A stretch of DNA of 64,000 nt. It comes from Callorhinchus milii. Taxonomy: Eukaryota. Of this stretch, positions 36,648-49,435 are shown piece after piece (positions within the stretch are counted from its first letter, which is position 1; each line of letters starts with the position of its first letter). Location of the stretch: positions 26,600,001 through 26,664,000 of the forward strand of contig NW_024704743.1 in assembly GCF_018977255.1 (NCBI RefSeq). The letters run 5' to 3'. The notes under the pieces are model-generated. The model ran no database searches, had not been told where the DNA came from, and saw only the letters and a list, made by a program, of their open reading frames with translations. Both the position numbers and the translations under genes were made by a program.

Positions 36648-38569
36648 TCTGCAGTATTTTGTGTTTTGTTCTATTCCTAGCTCCACCTCCATAGCCCTGC
36701 TGATATATTTATATGGCACCTTTCATGTCGGGAGGACATCCCATTGACATTTCCTCCCACCCTGCACTATCACTTGCTGTGTTCCTTAGGGGTCTATTCC
36801 TGGTCCACTTCTTCTTAACATCTATATTCTCTCACTTGGTGACATCATCTGCAAATGAGTTTCACTTTAACATGCAGGCAGATGACACCCAACTCTCTTT
36901 CTGTCTCTGCCCTTGATTCCAGGACCGATATTGAGGCTCTGCTGATAGGCTTCCATCAGCACCTCCACAACTCAGGCACTGACCGCATCACCATCCAAGG
37001 TTGTACATTCCACCTCACCGAGCCAGTCTGGAAACTTGGCATCTTGTTGATCCTCAACTGTCCTTTCTACACCACATCAATGCCATAACAGCTCTGCTTT
37101 CCCCCATCTTCGCTACATCACCCGGCTCTGCTACTACCTCACCCCTCAGGCTGACGAAACCCTCATCCACACATTCATCACATCTGGGCTTGATTACGCC
37201 AACACCCTGCTTGTCGGCCTTACCAAGTCTTCCCTCCACAAGTTACAGATCATCCAGAATTCTGAAGTTCGTATCCTTTCTCGTACTAGGCTCCATGATC
37301 CCATCAACCCTACCATCGCCTGGCTCCATTGGCTACCCATCTCTCAGAGGATAGAGTTCAAAATCCTCGTCCTCACCTTCAAGGCCCTACTTGGCCTTGA
37401 CCCTCCCTACCTCTGTGACGTGCTAAACCGATACCAACCTGTCCACTCCCTCCGCTCAGCAGCCTGTTTCACGCCCCCCGCCCAGCCCGCTTGGCCATCC
37501 AGCGGCCGGCCTTTCTGCCCCTACCCTATGAAACATCCCACATTTCATTCTCTTCGCTCCCTCCCACGTTTCAAGACCCTCCTCTTCGACCGAGCCTTTG
37601 GCCACCTTCGTACCCTTCCTGCTCTCCACCTTCCCCAATCCCAATCCCCAGCTCAGGTCCAAATCCCTGACTATCCAGCTCCTTGGGACGTCCTCCCGAC
37701 ATGAAAGGCGTTATACAATTATTTGTATTTGTATTGTATATATATGTGGGTAAAATTAAAAGTTTAATTTAAAATAGGACTCATTTATGAAAATCATATT
37801 GATTGCAACATTAACCTGTCATTACCATAGTTTGGTTAGAACACAAATATAAAATGTTGAAACACAAAATTGTCAAGTAGCTATAAGGGCAATTATTATA
37901 TTCAGCTCCATTTATTGGAGCAAATGATGCCTGGTTATGTCAAGAATGTACTCTTAAAATATTGATAATAGAGTGACACTGTCCTCTTTAAAATTATATA
38001 TGATATATCCTTACATATCTAATAAAGTGTTTGTCTCTATATGCAAACTAAACAGGTACAAAAGTATTGTGCTGCCTCACATTGATGTGAAATACTTAAC
38101 GAAATAAATGGTGACAATAAACTTTATCTCAGTTTCCTGATAGAAATTGAAATCCCTTGATGATGGCATTAGCACTTCTATTCTCATTAAACAGTTTCAA
38201 AGGCTGTTCTGTGTTTTCCATTAGATGTTAATGAAGGACATTTACCACTTGTTAGAACAAACACGAAACTAATTCTATCACTGTATTTTGCAATGTATCA
38301 TTTGTATCCTTCACATCATTCATCTACTTGCTTTTGTTTTTCTAGTCAACTTTGCCAATAAGTTCCAGTCCAGTGATTACAGAATGACATTTCAAACAGA
38401 CTCTTTATTAAACATAAAATAGTTCTACTTAGGCCAAGCTTATTTAATTTATATCTGCTATGTTAATTACATTGGCAAACCCTGCAGAGTGCCCCAAAAC
38501 AGAAATAAGTAACAAAATCAAATGGGAGTCTATTGGCAATTCCAAATATCCAGAAACACAGTTAACACA

Positions 38570-39152
38570 TCAATATAACAATAAGAACAACAACCTGCAT
38601 TTATGTAGCACCCTGCATTGTAGTAGCATCTTGAGGCATTTGACAGTGGTGGTGTCTGACCCCGAGCCAGGTGGAGAGGGAGGGGGGAGGTGACCGTAAG
38701 CACGATCAAAAAGGGAGGACTTTATGCGGGATTTGAAGGTGGAGAAGGAGGGGGCAAAGTGGAGGGATTGAGGGAGAGAGTTCCAGAGTTTCAGGGCATA
38801 GTGGCAGAAGGCACGGCCACTGATGGTGAAGCGGAGGGGATGAGGGACAAACAGGAGGCTGGAGCCAGCCGAGTGAAAGCAGCGGGTGATGGAGTAGGGG
38901 GATAAGTAGGGAGATGCGAGGGCATGAAGGGATTTGAAAACAAATGAGAGGATCTTGAAATCGATCCTTTCGGTAATTGGGAGCAATTGGAGCCTGGTAA
39001 GGACAGGTGTGATGGGGGTACGGAGTTTTGTGTGAATGAGAATCTGGGCAGCAGAATTTTGAATTAATTTGATCTTTTGTATGGTGGAGCTGGGGAAACC
39101 AGTGAGGAGGGCATTGGAATAGTCCAGCCGGGAAGTGACGAAGGCATGGACT
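38570..39152 (-). mobile_element. L2 3' fragment
   Basis: [28 protein letters not shown]...GRAFCHYALKLWNSLPQS...FKSRIKSSLFDRAY. Confidence 0.93.
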
Positions 39153-39164
39153 GTATGTCAGTTT

Positions 39165-39350
39165 GTTGAATTTTGTTTGGTCAGCTGGGTGTCTGGCATA
39201 TGCGGAAACCCATCACCATGCTTAAGTGAATTCGAACCAAACTGAGCTTTCCATGCATCCCACCTTTACATAGTAATTCACAAAATATTTATTTGAATGT
39301 GCATTCAAGGAATGCATCCTTCTTATCTAATTCCAAAGAGTGTTAGGTGC
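39165..39350 (+). repeat. Unclassified dispersed repeat, copy 3
   Basis: gtgtctggcatatgcggaaacccatcaccatgcttaag...aaccaaactgagctttccatgcatcccacct. Confidence 0.85.
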
Positions 39351-40349
39351 CGGTTGGCAAGAGCCCAGAGTTTGCATTGGGGTCCTGCTGGAGTCTAACC
39401 AGCTAAAACCACATAGCTTGTCATTGAAAGCACTATCTAGCAAACTTTCCCACTATTGTTCAGTTAGGACTATCCTATCTATTAAGACTTTAGCTTGTAG
39501 GGTTAACAGGAGCTGAGTGGGAAACATCCTTGTCCAAAAAAGTATATTGAAACGCAAAGACATCTAGAAGATGTGATAAGGCCTATATCAAATTGAAGCA
39601 TTATTATTATATTGTTGAATATACTAATTGAATGTGTGACATGAAGCATTGCATACATTCCTCTGCTTATCTCTTCAAAACTCATATTTAATACAATCCA
39701 TTTACTCAACTTAGCTGGGAATTATTTCAATAAAGCAGAAAACCTTTGCTATAAAATGTGCAGTCAATTTAAATTTTTGCTTTTTCTTTTGTGATAATTT
39801 CCTCCGCACGTCACTTGCTGTGCCCCACACCCACCTATCCTCCTTACACGTTTGACACTTTCAACATTCTCCAATAGAATATTGTTTATTTTAGCATATA
39901 TAGTGTATTCAAACAGGAGGAATATTAAAGGATATAGGGGGGCAAGCAAAAGAGTGGGGTTAGATTGGGTGACAGGTGATCAGACGTGATGGGCTTGTGC
40001 CTGTGTTGGAATATTCTAGATAAATCTATGTCCTGTCATCATTCTGCACAATATGTACCTTTATTGTGGTGCTTTCTTTTGTGCAGTTTCTTCTGTTCCT
40101 TCTTCCAGGTACTTCCAGTGGCAATACACACACATACCCACAGTAGATCTACATTTCAGTCCTTTACAAGTGTTAGGACCTAACCTCTTTCTCAAAATGT
40201 TACAGTACTGCTTCTTGTCATGTTCATCATGCTGAATTGCATGGCCTGGACTGAGGTGAAGTGTTTGCACATTGCCATCTGACTATTTTCACTTCGAATA
40301 CCAAGAATTTCAAAAGTGTTGAATACTCATTCCTGCAGTTACATTTTAT

Positions 40350-40660
40350 GTTCATAGAACCATAGACCTTTATAGCAGAGGAAGGCCATTCAGCCTGTCA
40401 TGTCTGTGTTGGCTATTTTAAGATCAATTATTTTAGTCCCATTTATCTGCCCTTTCCCCACACCCTTGTAAATCATTCCTTTTTAGGTATTGATGTAATT
40501 CCCTTTCTGAGAGCTAATAAGAATTCTGCCTCAATCATCATTCCTGGCATTCTATTTCCTAACTACTCTGTGTGTGGAAATAATTCTCCTAATCTCTCCA
40601 TTTTCTCGTTTGTTGACGATCTTAGATTGATACCCTCTTGGCTCTTACTCACCAGCCAGT
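40350..40660 (-). mobile_element. CR1 3' fragment
   Basis: catagaaccatagacc...gaaggccattcagcc...aactactctgtgtgtggaaataatt. Confidence 0.7.
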
Positions 40661-41734
40661 CTTAACAAATAAACATTTCTGACCAAAGGCATTTCAAAAT
40701 ATATTTAAGACTGATGCTGTTCCATTTTTATTGCATTCAAAACTTTGATATATGTCTCCTATTACTCCTAGTTTTCTAGGGAAAAGTTGCAAGTACATTA
40801 CTACTAACCTGAGGAGTGCCTCTCAAACTTGTTATAACAAAAGTTTTCAAATCCTTCAATCTTCTTTGCCTCTTTTCTAAATCTCTCTGTCAATCCCTCC
40901 GCCTTGACCCCTGGCTTCTCATTTTTCTTTCACTCCTGAAGACCGTGCTCCACATTTAGCTCTGTTAGAGGTAAATGCATATATTAAATCCCAGTGGTTT
41001 ACTTATCAAAACATGTATGTAGTGTAATTCACAAGCAACAAGACAGCAGGTTAAAGGAATGTCCTGAAATGATGTGCCTGATTGCTATGTACCCTAAGTT
41101 TCCAGATTGCTAGGTTTGTTCAAAAATTAAACTCTCTGGATTGTTACGTAATCTGAATTACTGCATAATAGCATTCAAGCTAGGGTGTTTATACTGAATT
41201 TATCACTCTCTGGTTAACGTTTCAGAAATCACAGTTTAACATCTGAAATGTTTTCGACTAAAGGTAGCTTTTGAAAAATTTCGTATTGCAGCAGTATTAT
41301 TGCAGTTTGCAAGTTATGTAAATGTTGTTTAAGGATCAGCGTACGCAACATTATTTTGTGTAGTGATATAAAACGATTTAGTGAGCCACTGCTTATTAAG
41401 TTATTAGTATACCATTACCATGGAAAAAACTGGACAAGAGAAATGAATGATAATGAACTTCGCATTTGATTTAGCACTTATCACCTCAAAATGTCTTAAA
41501 ATGTTTCACAGTTTCCTATGAAGTGTGGATGATTGTATATTTTGCATGCAAATGTGCTAGCCAATTTGTCCAATGTCTCAAAGTTAAATGAATAGGCTAG
41601 ATGGACCATTGATCGTTTCCAGCCTAAACCTGTTAATGTGGGGGTCTAACATATAGTTTAAATTTAAAAATTCCTGAATTATTAAATAGTAATTAAGTGG
41701 TTGACACAGAAACTCTTCAGACTTTGTGCTGGCA

Positions 41735-41990
41735 TCACAAGATTACAAGAGAGGTTAGGACGAAGAAGGCCCTTCAGCCCATTTGATCTTGTTCTTCCAG
41801 AACATCTAAACCTCCACCTTCCGATCACAGCATCAAGTAATTTCTTTCAAATGAGTCTTGTTGTCCTAGCCTCAATCATCCCCTCCTTGGTAATTATCCT
41901 CTGTGAAGAAATACTTCCTAGTGTCTGTCCTGAGATTACCCTTTGTAACCCTAAACCTGTGACCTGTTTTTCTGCTGTCTCAGTGCATGT
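41735..41990 (-). mobile_element. CR1 3' fragment, second subfamily (also about 16210-16380, 21295-21790, 55620-55770 and 49590-49690 on +)
   Basis: cacaagattacaagag...gaagaaggcccttcagcccatttgatc motif recurs at these sites. Confidence 0.65.
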
Positions 41991-42304
41991 AAAAGGATTG
42001 TACTATGTTTATTTTCTCGATCTCTATTTAGCCAGGTCCCATATTTGACTTTTCAACATGTGTAGTTTGACTGCTGGTTGATGAGGTATGATCATTTGTT
42101 ACTGAACAAAAATGTCAGAGGCACAGTTATCTTGGAGTTGAATGCCACATTCTGTGAGCTGGAAGTCAGATGCATGATCCAGCTTCATTGGATATTAGCT
42201 TTGAGAACATTGTTGGGGTGGGAATTTTCTTCCTGTTCATCCAGGAAATTTCAGAAACAAACAACATTTGGATGAGATGTTACGTGATAATACTTGCAAT
42301 TGAT

Positions 42305-42975
42305 TAAAGCGCTCTGAGATGCTGTCCGGCGTGGAGGGCGCTATATAAATCCAAGTTGTTGTTGATATATTGTAAATCAAGGTCCTGACCACCACACCTT
42401 AATCCCACTCAACCTGCCCCCTCTTTACCCATTTTCAAATCGCATCTGTAGACTTTCCTCTTCGATTGTGCCGATGTTCCCTTTCTTTCTCGGCGACAAA
42501 CTACACCATTGTTCAGGTTTCCGACCAGCTACCCCGCGTGAAGGGCACTGAATTTGCAAGTTGTTGATTGATTTCAGGACATTGCTATGAATAAAATGTT
42601 TGGTGAACTCCCTGGCAACTCCCTACCTCTCCGACTTCCTCACGCTCCAATCCACCACACAGCATCTCCGCTCAACTGGTACTGGCTTCCTAATTTGTCC
42701 CTCGTATCCTCTGCTCCACCATTGGAGGTTGCGCATTCAGTCACTATGCCCCAAAACCCTGGAAACACTCTCCCTCAATCCCTCCGCTTTGCCCTCTCTC
42801 TCCCCCTTTTCAAGTCCCGCCTGTAAACCTTCCTTTTTGACCGAGCTTAGGATCACCTCCCCCGGTTCAGAATCAGGCTCCATCATTGTTAAGTGATCTG
42901 AGAAGCTACCCTGCATGGAGGGCGCTATATAAGTGCAAGTTGTTGTTGTATCAAATGCAACTATTATTATTATCA
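42305..42975 (+). mobile_element. Cluster of L2 3' fragments and tails
   Basis: Three successive tails at about 42360, 42565 and 42948. FKSRL..FLFDRA coding remnant. Confidence 0.8.
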
Positions 42976-43165
42976 AAGCTGGTCGAATTTAAAACTTTTA
43001 CATTATTGACCTTAACCACTTGACCTTAAGCAATCAGACTTATATTGCAGGTGGACATTTAATGCTGATCAATCACTGGGTGACAGTACAGTTTTGTTCC
43101 ACTAGATGTTAGTCTAAAGATATTGAGTAAGTGGGGAACCTATGTAGCTGAATATTAATGATCAT

Positions 43166-44992
43166 TACAACAAGATTGCATTTATAGAGCACCTTTCACG
43201 TCAGGAGGATGTCCCAAGGCGCTGGACAGTTGGGTCGGGACCTGAGCAGGGGGGAACTGGTCAGGGTGACGGGAGGGAAGGGAGGGAGCGAGGAGAAGGT
43301 AGAGAGTCGAGAGGGGAGCTGAAGGCACGGTTGAAGAGAAAAGTCTTGAGACCGGCCTTGAAGGAGGAAAGGGAGGAAGCAAGGCGAAGGCACTGGGGGA
43401 TGGAGTTCCAGAGCCTCGGGGCTGAGAGTCTGAAGGCCCGACCACTGATTGTAGAACGGTTAGGGCGGGGGATGTGGAGCAGACCGGAGCCAGAGGAATG
43501 GAGGGTACAGGCAGGTAAGTAGGGGGATAGTAGGTCGGAGAGGTAGGAGTGAGTAAGGCCGTGAATGGCCTTGGAGGTGACGATGAGAATCTTGAATTCG
43601 ATCCTCTGGGGGATGGGGAGCCAGTGGAGGCGAGCGAGGGTGGGAGTGATGTGGACCCGAAGCCTGGTGCGGGACCGTACACAAGCTGCAGAGTTCTGAA
43701 TGACCTGCAGCTTGTGGAGGGAGGTGCCGGGAAGGTCAACGAGGAGAGATTTCCCATAGTCCAGCCTTGAGGTGATAAAGGCGTGGACCAGAGTTTCAGC
43801 AGCGTGAGGGGTGAGGTAGTGCCGTAGTCTGGCGATGTTCCGGAGGTGATGGAAGGCGGTGTGGGGAAGAAATTACAGCTCAGGGTCAGACAGAACACCG
43901 AGGTTCCTGACTGGCTTTGAGAGGTGGAGAGTGCAGCCTTGGATGCTGATGCTGTCAGCGCCTGAGGTGCGGAGGCGCTGACGCGAGCCATCAGGTGGGC
44001 CTCAGTTTTGTGCACGTTGAGCTGAAGAAAGTTGTCTCTCGTCCAGGACTCGATGTCAGACAGGCAGGCTGTCAGGACATCGATGGTAGTGGAGTTGAGG
44101 GTAGAAGAGGAAAGGTAGAGTTGGGTTTCATCCGCATACATGTGGAAGTTAACCCCATGTCTGCGGATGATGTCACCAAGGGGGAGCATGTAGAGGGTGA
44201 AGAGGAGGGGACCGAGGACAGAGCCCTGAGGGACACCACACGAGACAGTGCGTGGCTGGAGGAAAAGCCGTTTGTGGAAACAAAATGAAGAGGTGGGAGA
44301 GGTAGGACCTAAACCACTCAAGGACAGGGCCTTGAAGGTTGAGGTGGGAGGACAAGCGGTGGAGGAGGATAGAGTGGTCGACTGTATCGAATGCGGCCGA
44401 TAGGTTGAGGAGGACGAGGAGGCAGAGGGAGCCCTGGTCGCAGATGGTCAAGATGTCATTAGTGACCTTGACCAGGGCGGTTTCCGTGTTATATGCAGCA
44501 CGGAAACCCAACTGGAGGGGTTCGAAAAGTGAGTGGGTGGAGAGGAAACAGCGCAGCTGGGAGCCGACGACTCTTTCGAGAACCTTGGATAGGAAGGGGA
44601 GGTTGGAGATGGGCCGGTAGCTTGATAGCTGCGACACATCAAGGGAGGGTTTTTTCAGTGTGGGAGTGATGGTGGCAGTTTTGAGGGGAATGGGAACAGA
44701 GCCAGAGGAGAGGGACAGGTTAATGGTGTCTGTGAGAAGTGGAGCAAGGAGATGGAGCTGGGAGATGAGGAGTGGAGTGGGGATGGGGTCCAGGGAGCAG
44801 GTGGTGGCTTTCAAGGATAGGATGAGTTTGGTGACAGAGGGTGGGGAAATGGGTTCGAAGTTGTGTAGGGGAGAATGGGTAGGAGTCGGAGTGTGGGAGG
44901 GAAGGGGTGAGGGGTGGGTGGACCTTGGAGGGGCAGTGACCACGGAGAGGATTCCCTTGATTTTGGATTCAAGGAAATCCAGCATCTCCTCG
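43166..44992 (-). mobile_element. 5'-truncated L2 LINE, ORF2 RT pseudogene
   Basis: [68 protein letters not shown]. Frameshifted, with catalytic aspartates altered (D to N, YADD to YADE). Confidence 0.97.
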
Positions 44993-47273
44993 TTTTAAAG
45001 GTTATCCACAAAATATGAATTATTTAAACTTCATATGCTTTCAACCAACGCCTACCCACTACTATACTCTGACTAGTTATGAACACAGGGATTATTCTTA
45101 AATGAATTGTCCAAAAGCAATCAAGCACCTGAACTCAGGGTAGGAAGATCTATGACAACCAGGATAAGTCATACTAAAAACATCAAACGCAATAGGTGAA
45201 AAGCAGCAGAAACAATATAAAATAGGCTGCTTTGACTAGTGCTTTTGGACATCTTTCCCTTTCCACTCCCTTCAGCTCCCACCCCCAGCTCGGGTGCTCA
45301 GCCAGCAGTGGACTTCCTCCCGATGGGAAAGACACAATCTAAATGTTAATCAATATTGCATTCTATTGAATCATCACATTTTGTTTTCCCACACCTTCAA
45401 AGAAAAGAATGTGCTTCTGCACACATTTGAAATTATTTCATGGCTTTGCAATAAGAAACAAACTTCAGGTCTCCTCTGTAATATATTGTAATTCCTTATC
45501 AAGGAATTTCATTAGAATTCACGTTAACCTGTGTCAACTCTGCTCTGTAAGTAGATTGTGTAGGAGCAAAATTCCCATTGGTCAATGTGATGCTCTTCGG
45601 GTTGTTGGAAGGAGTCCCATTTAAGAGATTTGGATTCATTAGTAAGGAATTTAGTTAATAATGAACACAGGTTACACCCTATGTTTTTCCAGCTGTGAGT
45701 TTGAGGAGCTTTGATAATGTAGATTGAAAGGAATCCAAACATTCGATTCTAACTCTGTGGGGGAAACATTGGAATACTAAGGGAGAACGACAAAAATGGC
45801 CTATTGATCATCTAAATACAAAGTTTTTTGAAAAACAGTGAATACATCTATCAGTTACAGAAAAGAGGCATTCCATTATCATGTGTCCATTCGAAATGAT
45901 CAAAGTAGGTTCTACAGTATAACCATGTCATTATTTCCATAGACCTGACAACCAAAAGAATCATGAAAACATTGGAATAAACCAGATGTATCGAGGAGGA
46001 GTTATTACAATAACTATAATAACTACAGCACCTTTTACGTTGGGAGAACATCTCTGAACACTTTAAACAACTGTCTGTGCACCTGAGCCTGGGATGAGGA
46101 GGGGAGCAGGGGAGAGAGAAAAAACACTGTCAAGGAAGTAACTCTTGAATTAACTTTGAATTGGAAGGACAGAGATGGAGTTTCAGAGAGTGGGGACAGA
46201 ATGTTTGAAAGCTTGTAAACCATTGACTGAAAGCTTCTTGTAAAGGCAGAATTCTTTGCACATATGTATCATCCATTTTAGGTCTGAAACTGAATCCAAC
46301 CCAATTGGATTCCATCCAAAGAGGTCTCATACTCTTGCTTCTAAAAGATTTTTGTTTTAATAAAATAGAAATTAGCATTAGTGGAGCAGACACACAAAAG
46401 TAATGAAAGTGAGCAAGGTCTTTTGTTTTCACACTAACATATCGACCATCCTTCCGATTCCACACAAAATGTTTGACACTTTTGTCTTTTGTTTGAAATT
46501 AAAAATAAGGAAGTTAGAGTACATGGAATAAAATCTGTGCTCCTGCAAATTAAACTACAATTTACAGTGTAGTTTCAATATCTCAGGTCCTAAAGACAGA
46601 TGGACTTTAAATGAGTTTGGCTGATAATATTGGCATAACTTACCATTTTTCCCCAGCCTTATGGTAACTCATCTGCCTCAGCTTCTGTTTAAACTTTGCT
46701 TTTATTATTCCTTTTGCTTCACCTCAAAATTGTCTTCATTCCTTTTATTCATTTTTTTAACTAGAGGTATGTCACACATCAACCTTGGGAGCAAATTGCA
46801 CCATTGAAGATAATTTAATATTGATTCTGGATACAAATGCGGCCAAAGAGTATTAAAGTATTAACCCTCCCCTTCCCAGTGATTTTGCAGTACAGTTTCA
46901 GGGGCTGAGGGAGCGTCACTGCCAGAGTCAAAGAAAAGAAACCCTCCTCTGCTGGCCTTTTTCACCATCACCTCTTTAAAGGTGAGCCTCAAGACCTTCC
47001 TCTTTGACTGCTCCTTCAATCATCGCTAGCTCCCACCTTCAGCCAAACCAGGACTTTCAAGCACCTTGGGATATTAAACACTCTGGGATGCTACCCTATG
47101 TGAGGGGCGCTATATAAATGCAAGTTGTTGTTGTCCTTCTGATGTGAAAAGCGTTCTATAAATGTAAATTTGTATTGGATTGTGTGTATCCAATTTTAAT
47201 GACTTGAAGTCCAATTTACAATATTAGCAAAAAGAAAAGAAGCACCAGTTACAATTTCTGAAAGTTGCCAATT

Positions 47274-47970
47274 TAATAATAATAACCCTTGCATTTGATA
47301 TAACACCTTATCATGTCATTGAGATGTCTCAAAGTGCTCCACAGAATATATTGTAAAGTGGAGTGACTGTGTATTTGTGGACAAAACGGGGCTGCGTTTT
47401 GACTTCATATGAGACATTAAGCTGAGGTCCTGTCTGATGTTCAGGTGGACTTTAAAGATCCCATGGCACTAGTTGAAAAGAGAAGGGAGTTTTTGCTGGT
47501 GTTCTGGCCAACAAAATATACAGTTAATTCACTTTACACTATATTCTGTGAAGCGCCTTCAGATGTCTCAAAGGCATGATAAGGTGCTACATCAAATGCA
47601 AGGATTATTATTATTAACAATTCTTAAAATAAAATTGGTCATTCACATTTTGGCTGGTTGTGGGACCTCCTACTGAGTGCAAAATTGCTGCCATGTCCAT
47701 CTACAAATATACAATCACTACAGTTTACAGAAAAAATCTTGCGAAGCACTTTGAGATGTTTCAACAAGGTAATAAGGTGCTACATGAAATACAAGAATTA
47801 ATATTATTAAGACATTTAGGTCAAGAAGGTTCACAAACAGCCATGAGGTAGGTGAATGAACAATTCACCTGGAGAATCATTGGCTGGGATCCAGGGAGGA
47901 ACTGTTTTTGAAAGTGCCATGGGAATCTTAAACATCTAACTGAACAGAAAGCTTAGTTTAAATTTAACAT
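47274..47970. mobile_element. Three-level SINE nest
   Basis: A - copy (47274-47390 and 47810-47970) contains a + Deu copy (47395-47808). That in turn contains a young 3' fragment (about 47514-47614) flanked by aacaa. Confidence 0.65.
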
Positions 47971-48289
47971 TTAATCACATTTTTTTAATATAAAATGGCA
48001 ATTTTATACCATCAGATTTGCTTGGCATCAAGTTTTGTTCAGGGCTCTGAAACTAGCCCTCGTGAAGGGTTTCATATAAATGCAAGTTGTTGTTGTTGGG
48101 TTACCATTACATTCAAAAGATGGCGCCGCTGACATTTCAGAGTTACCCTAAATTATGAGTTGAAGCCCCAGCATGGGCACTGGACCCATACGTATCTGAC
48201 CTGGAGGCAAGACTTCTACTAACTGAACATATTCTGTTCTTGACTTAAACACGGACTCTAGCTTTGATGCAAGCATTTCTTGTGATGTT

Positions 48290-48600
48290 GTTCTAGTCAG
48301 GATCAATCCTATGAACACTGGCAGCTCATCCATTTTTCTGAAATGTGGCAGAGGATGGACTCTGGCCAGAACAGGCCAACCTCATGCATTCCCATCATTC
48401 TCATGGCTTCCTTGAGTGAGACTGTGAAGACAACGTTAATTAAAGCCAAACTGTGGGCAATTTTATGTCATCAACTCATGTGTATTTAAAACTGAATAAG
48501 AACTGCTTAAAACTCATTTCACCAGCAAATCTTGAGAGATGTCAGAGGAGACTTCTCTCTCTCTCTCATTCAGGTGTAGATTTAAAATCAGTCCATAACT
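48290..48600 (-). mobile_element. LF-SINE-like relic
   Basis: tgagactg...aattaaagccaaa...aactcatttcac...agaggagactt resembles the recalled LF-SINE body in reverse. Confidence 0.4.
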
Positions 48601-48619
48601 TCATCTACTCTAACCTATA

Positions 48620-49435
48620 AGACTATCCTCGCTCGGCAGCACTGGTCCCCTGTCCTCAGTGTATCGAGTTCAAGATCTTCATTCCCATGTTCAAACTCCT
48701 TCATGGTCTCACACCAAACTAACTCTGTGACCTCCTTCAACCCTATCATCCTGTCCGCTTCCTACACTCAGTGGGCAAAAGCCTACTTCATGGCTTTCAC
48801 CTATTCTGCCCCTGCTCTGTTGAACTCTATCCTGGAGTTGCCCCAACTCACATCCTTCCTATGCTCGTTCAAAGCCCATCTCAAAACATTCCTCTTTGAC
48901 CATGCTTTTGGTCATCTTTCCCATCCTCACCCTCCCTAGCCTCCCATACCCAGCTTGGGTGTCCAGCTGGAAGAGTCAAGCACCCTGAGGTACTAGTAAT
49001 AGTAATTCTTGCATTTAATATTGCGCCTTATCACGTCTTTGAGACGTCTCAAAGCGCTTCACAGAATATATTGTAAAGTTTAATTGATTGTATATTTTGT
49101 GGGCGAAACATGGTAGCCAATTGCGCACAGCAGTGTCTCACAAACATTTGTGGATTGAGTGACCCAATTATTTTTATTTATTCTTCTTTTATTTTTGAAA
49201 GAGTTATTACCCCCAGAAAAGCGATCCGCCAATTAACTAACATCTGAGTTCCTACTTACTGCTAGGTATAAAGAGGTGTGTGGAGTAAGGAAACTTGCCC
49301 AGCGTTTCACCCTACCGGGAATCAAACCCAGGTTTCTAGCTTGTGAGGCAAGTGCTCACACAACTGAGCTACAAGACTCCAACGTCCTCCCTTTGTGAAA
49401 CGTGCTATATAAATGTATATTGTGTTGTATTGTGT
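48620..49435 (+). mobile_element. L2 3' fragment whose terminal stem-loop is split by a SINE
   Basis: aagcaccctgagg | SINE | acgtcctccctttgtgaaacgtgctatataaatg. Confidence 0.82.
48996..49380 (-). mobile_element. Full-length tRNA-derived SINE, long variant
   Basis: Head, extra module, Deu-like domain and tail as at 27089. Confidence 0.92.

Larger units (their letters stand above)
35097..36669 (-). mobile_element. Penelope-like element, 5'-truncated, with inverted pseudo-LTR
   Basis: GIY-YIG remnant. Inverted arms at 35097-35580 and 35882-36316. TSD tctactcctaactc (35083-35096) / tctattcctagctc (36670-36683). Confidence 0.93.
34700..37740 (+). mobile_element. L2 LINE RT to 3' end, host of a multi-level nest (34700-35096 and 36670-37740)
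   Basis: gtcctggttaaagtcgtcaac (LVKVxN) and the HSILL-like region lie left of the PLE. GVPQGS-like, MQADDTQL, catccagaattct and the tail lie right of it, in collinear order. Confidence 0.85.

Noticed and set aside
43182..44321. 379-aa ORF, the longest in the window
   Set aside because: An L2 RT frame fused by frameshift to an alternative S/P/T-rich frame, which stays open because the strand is C-rich and stop-poor. The same shadow frame appears in other L2 copies. Not a host gene.
43995..44998. Plus-strand ORFs antisense to L2 (also 58525-59205 and 60948-61352)
   Set aside because: Shadow ORFs of the L2 coding strand.
48116..48127. YY1-like motif aagatggcgcc
   Set aside because: Falls in a Deu-SINE head relic, where a near-identical word is part of the repeat.
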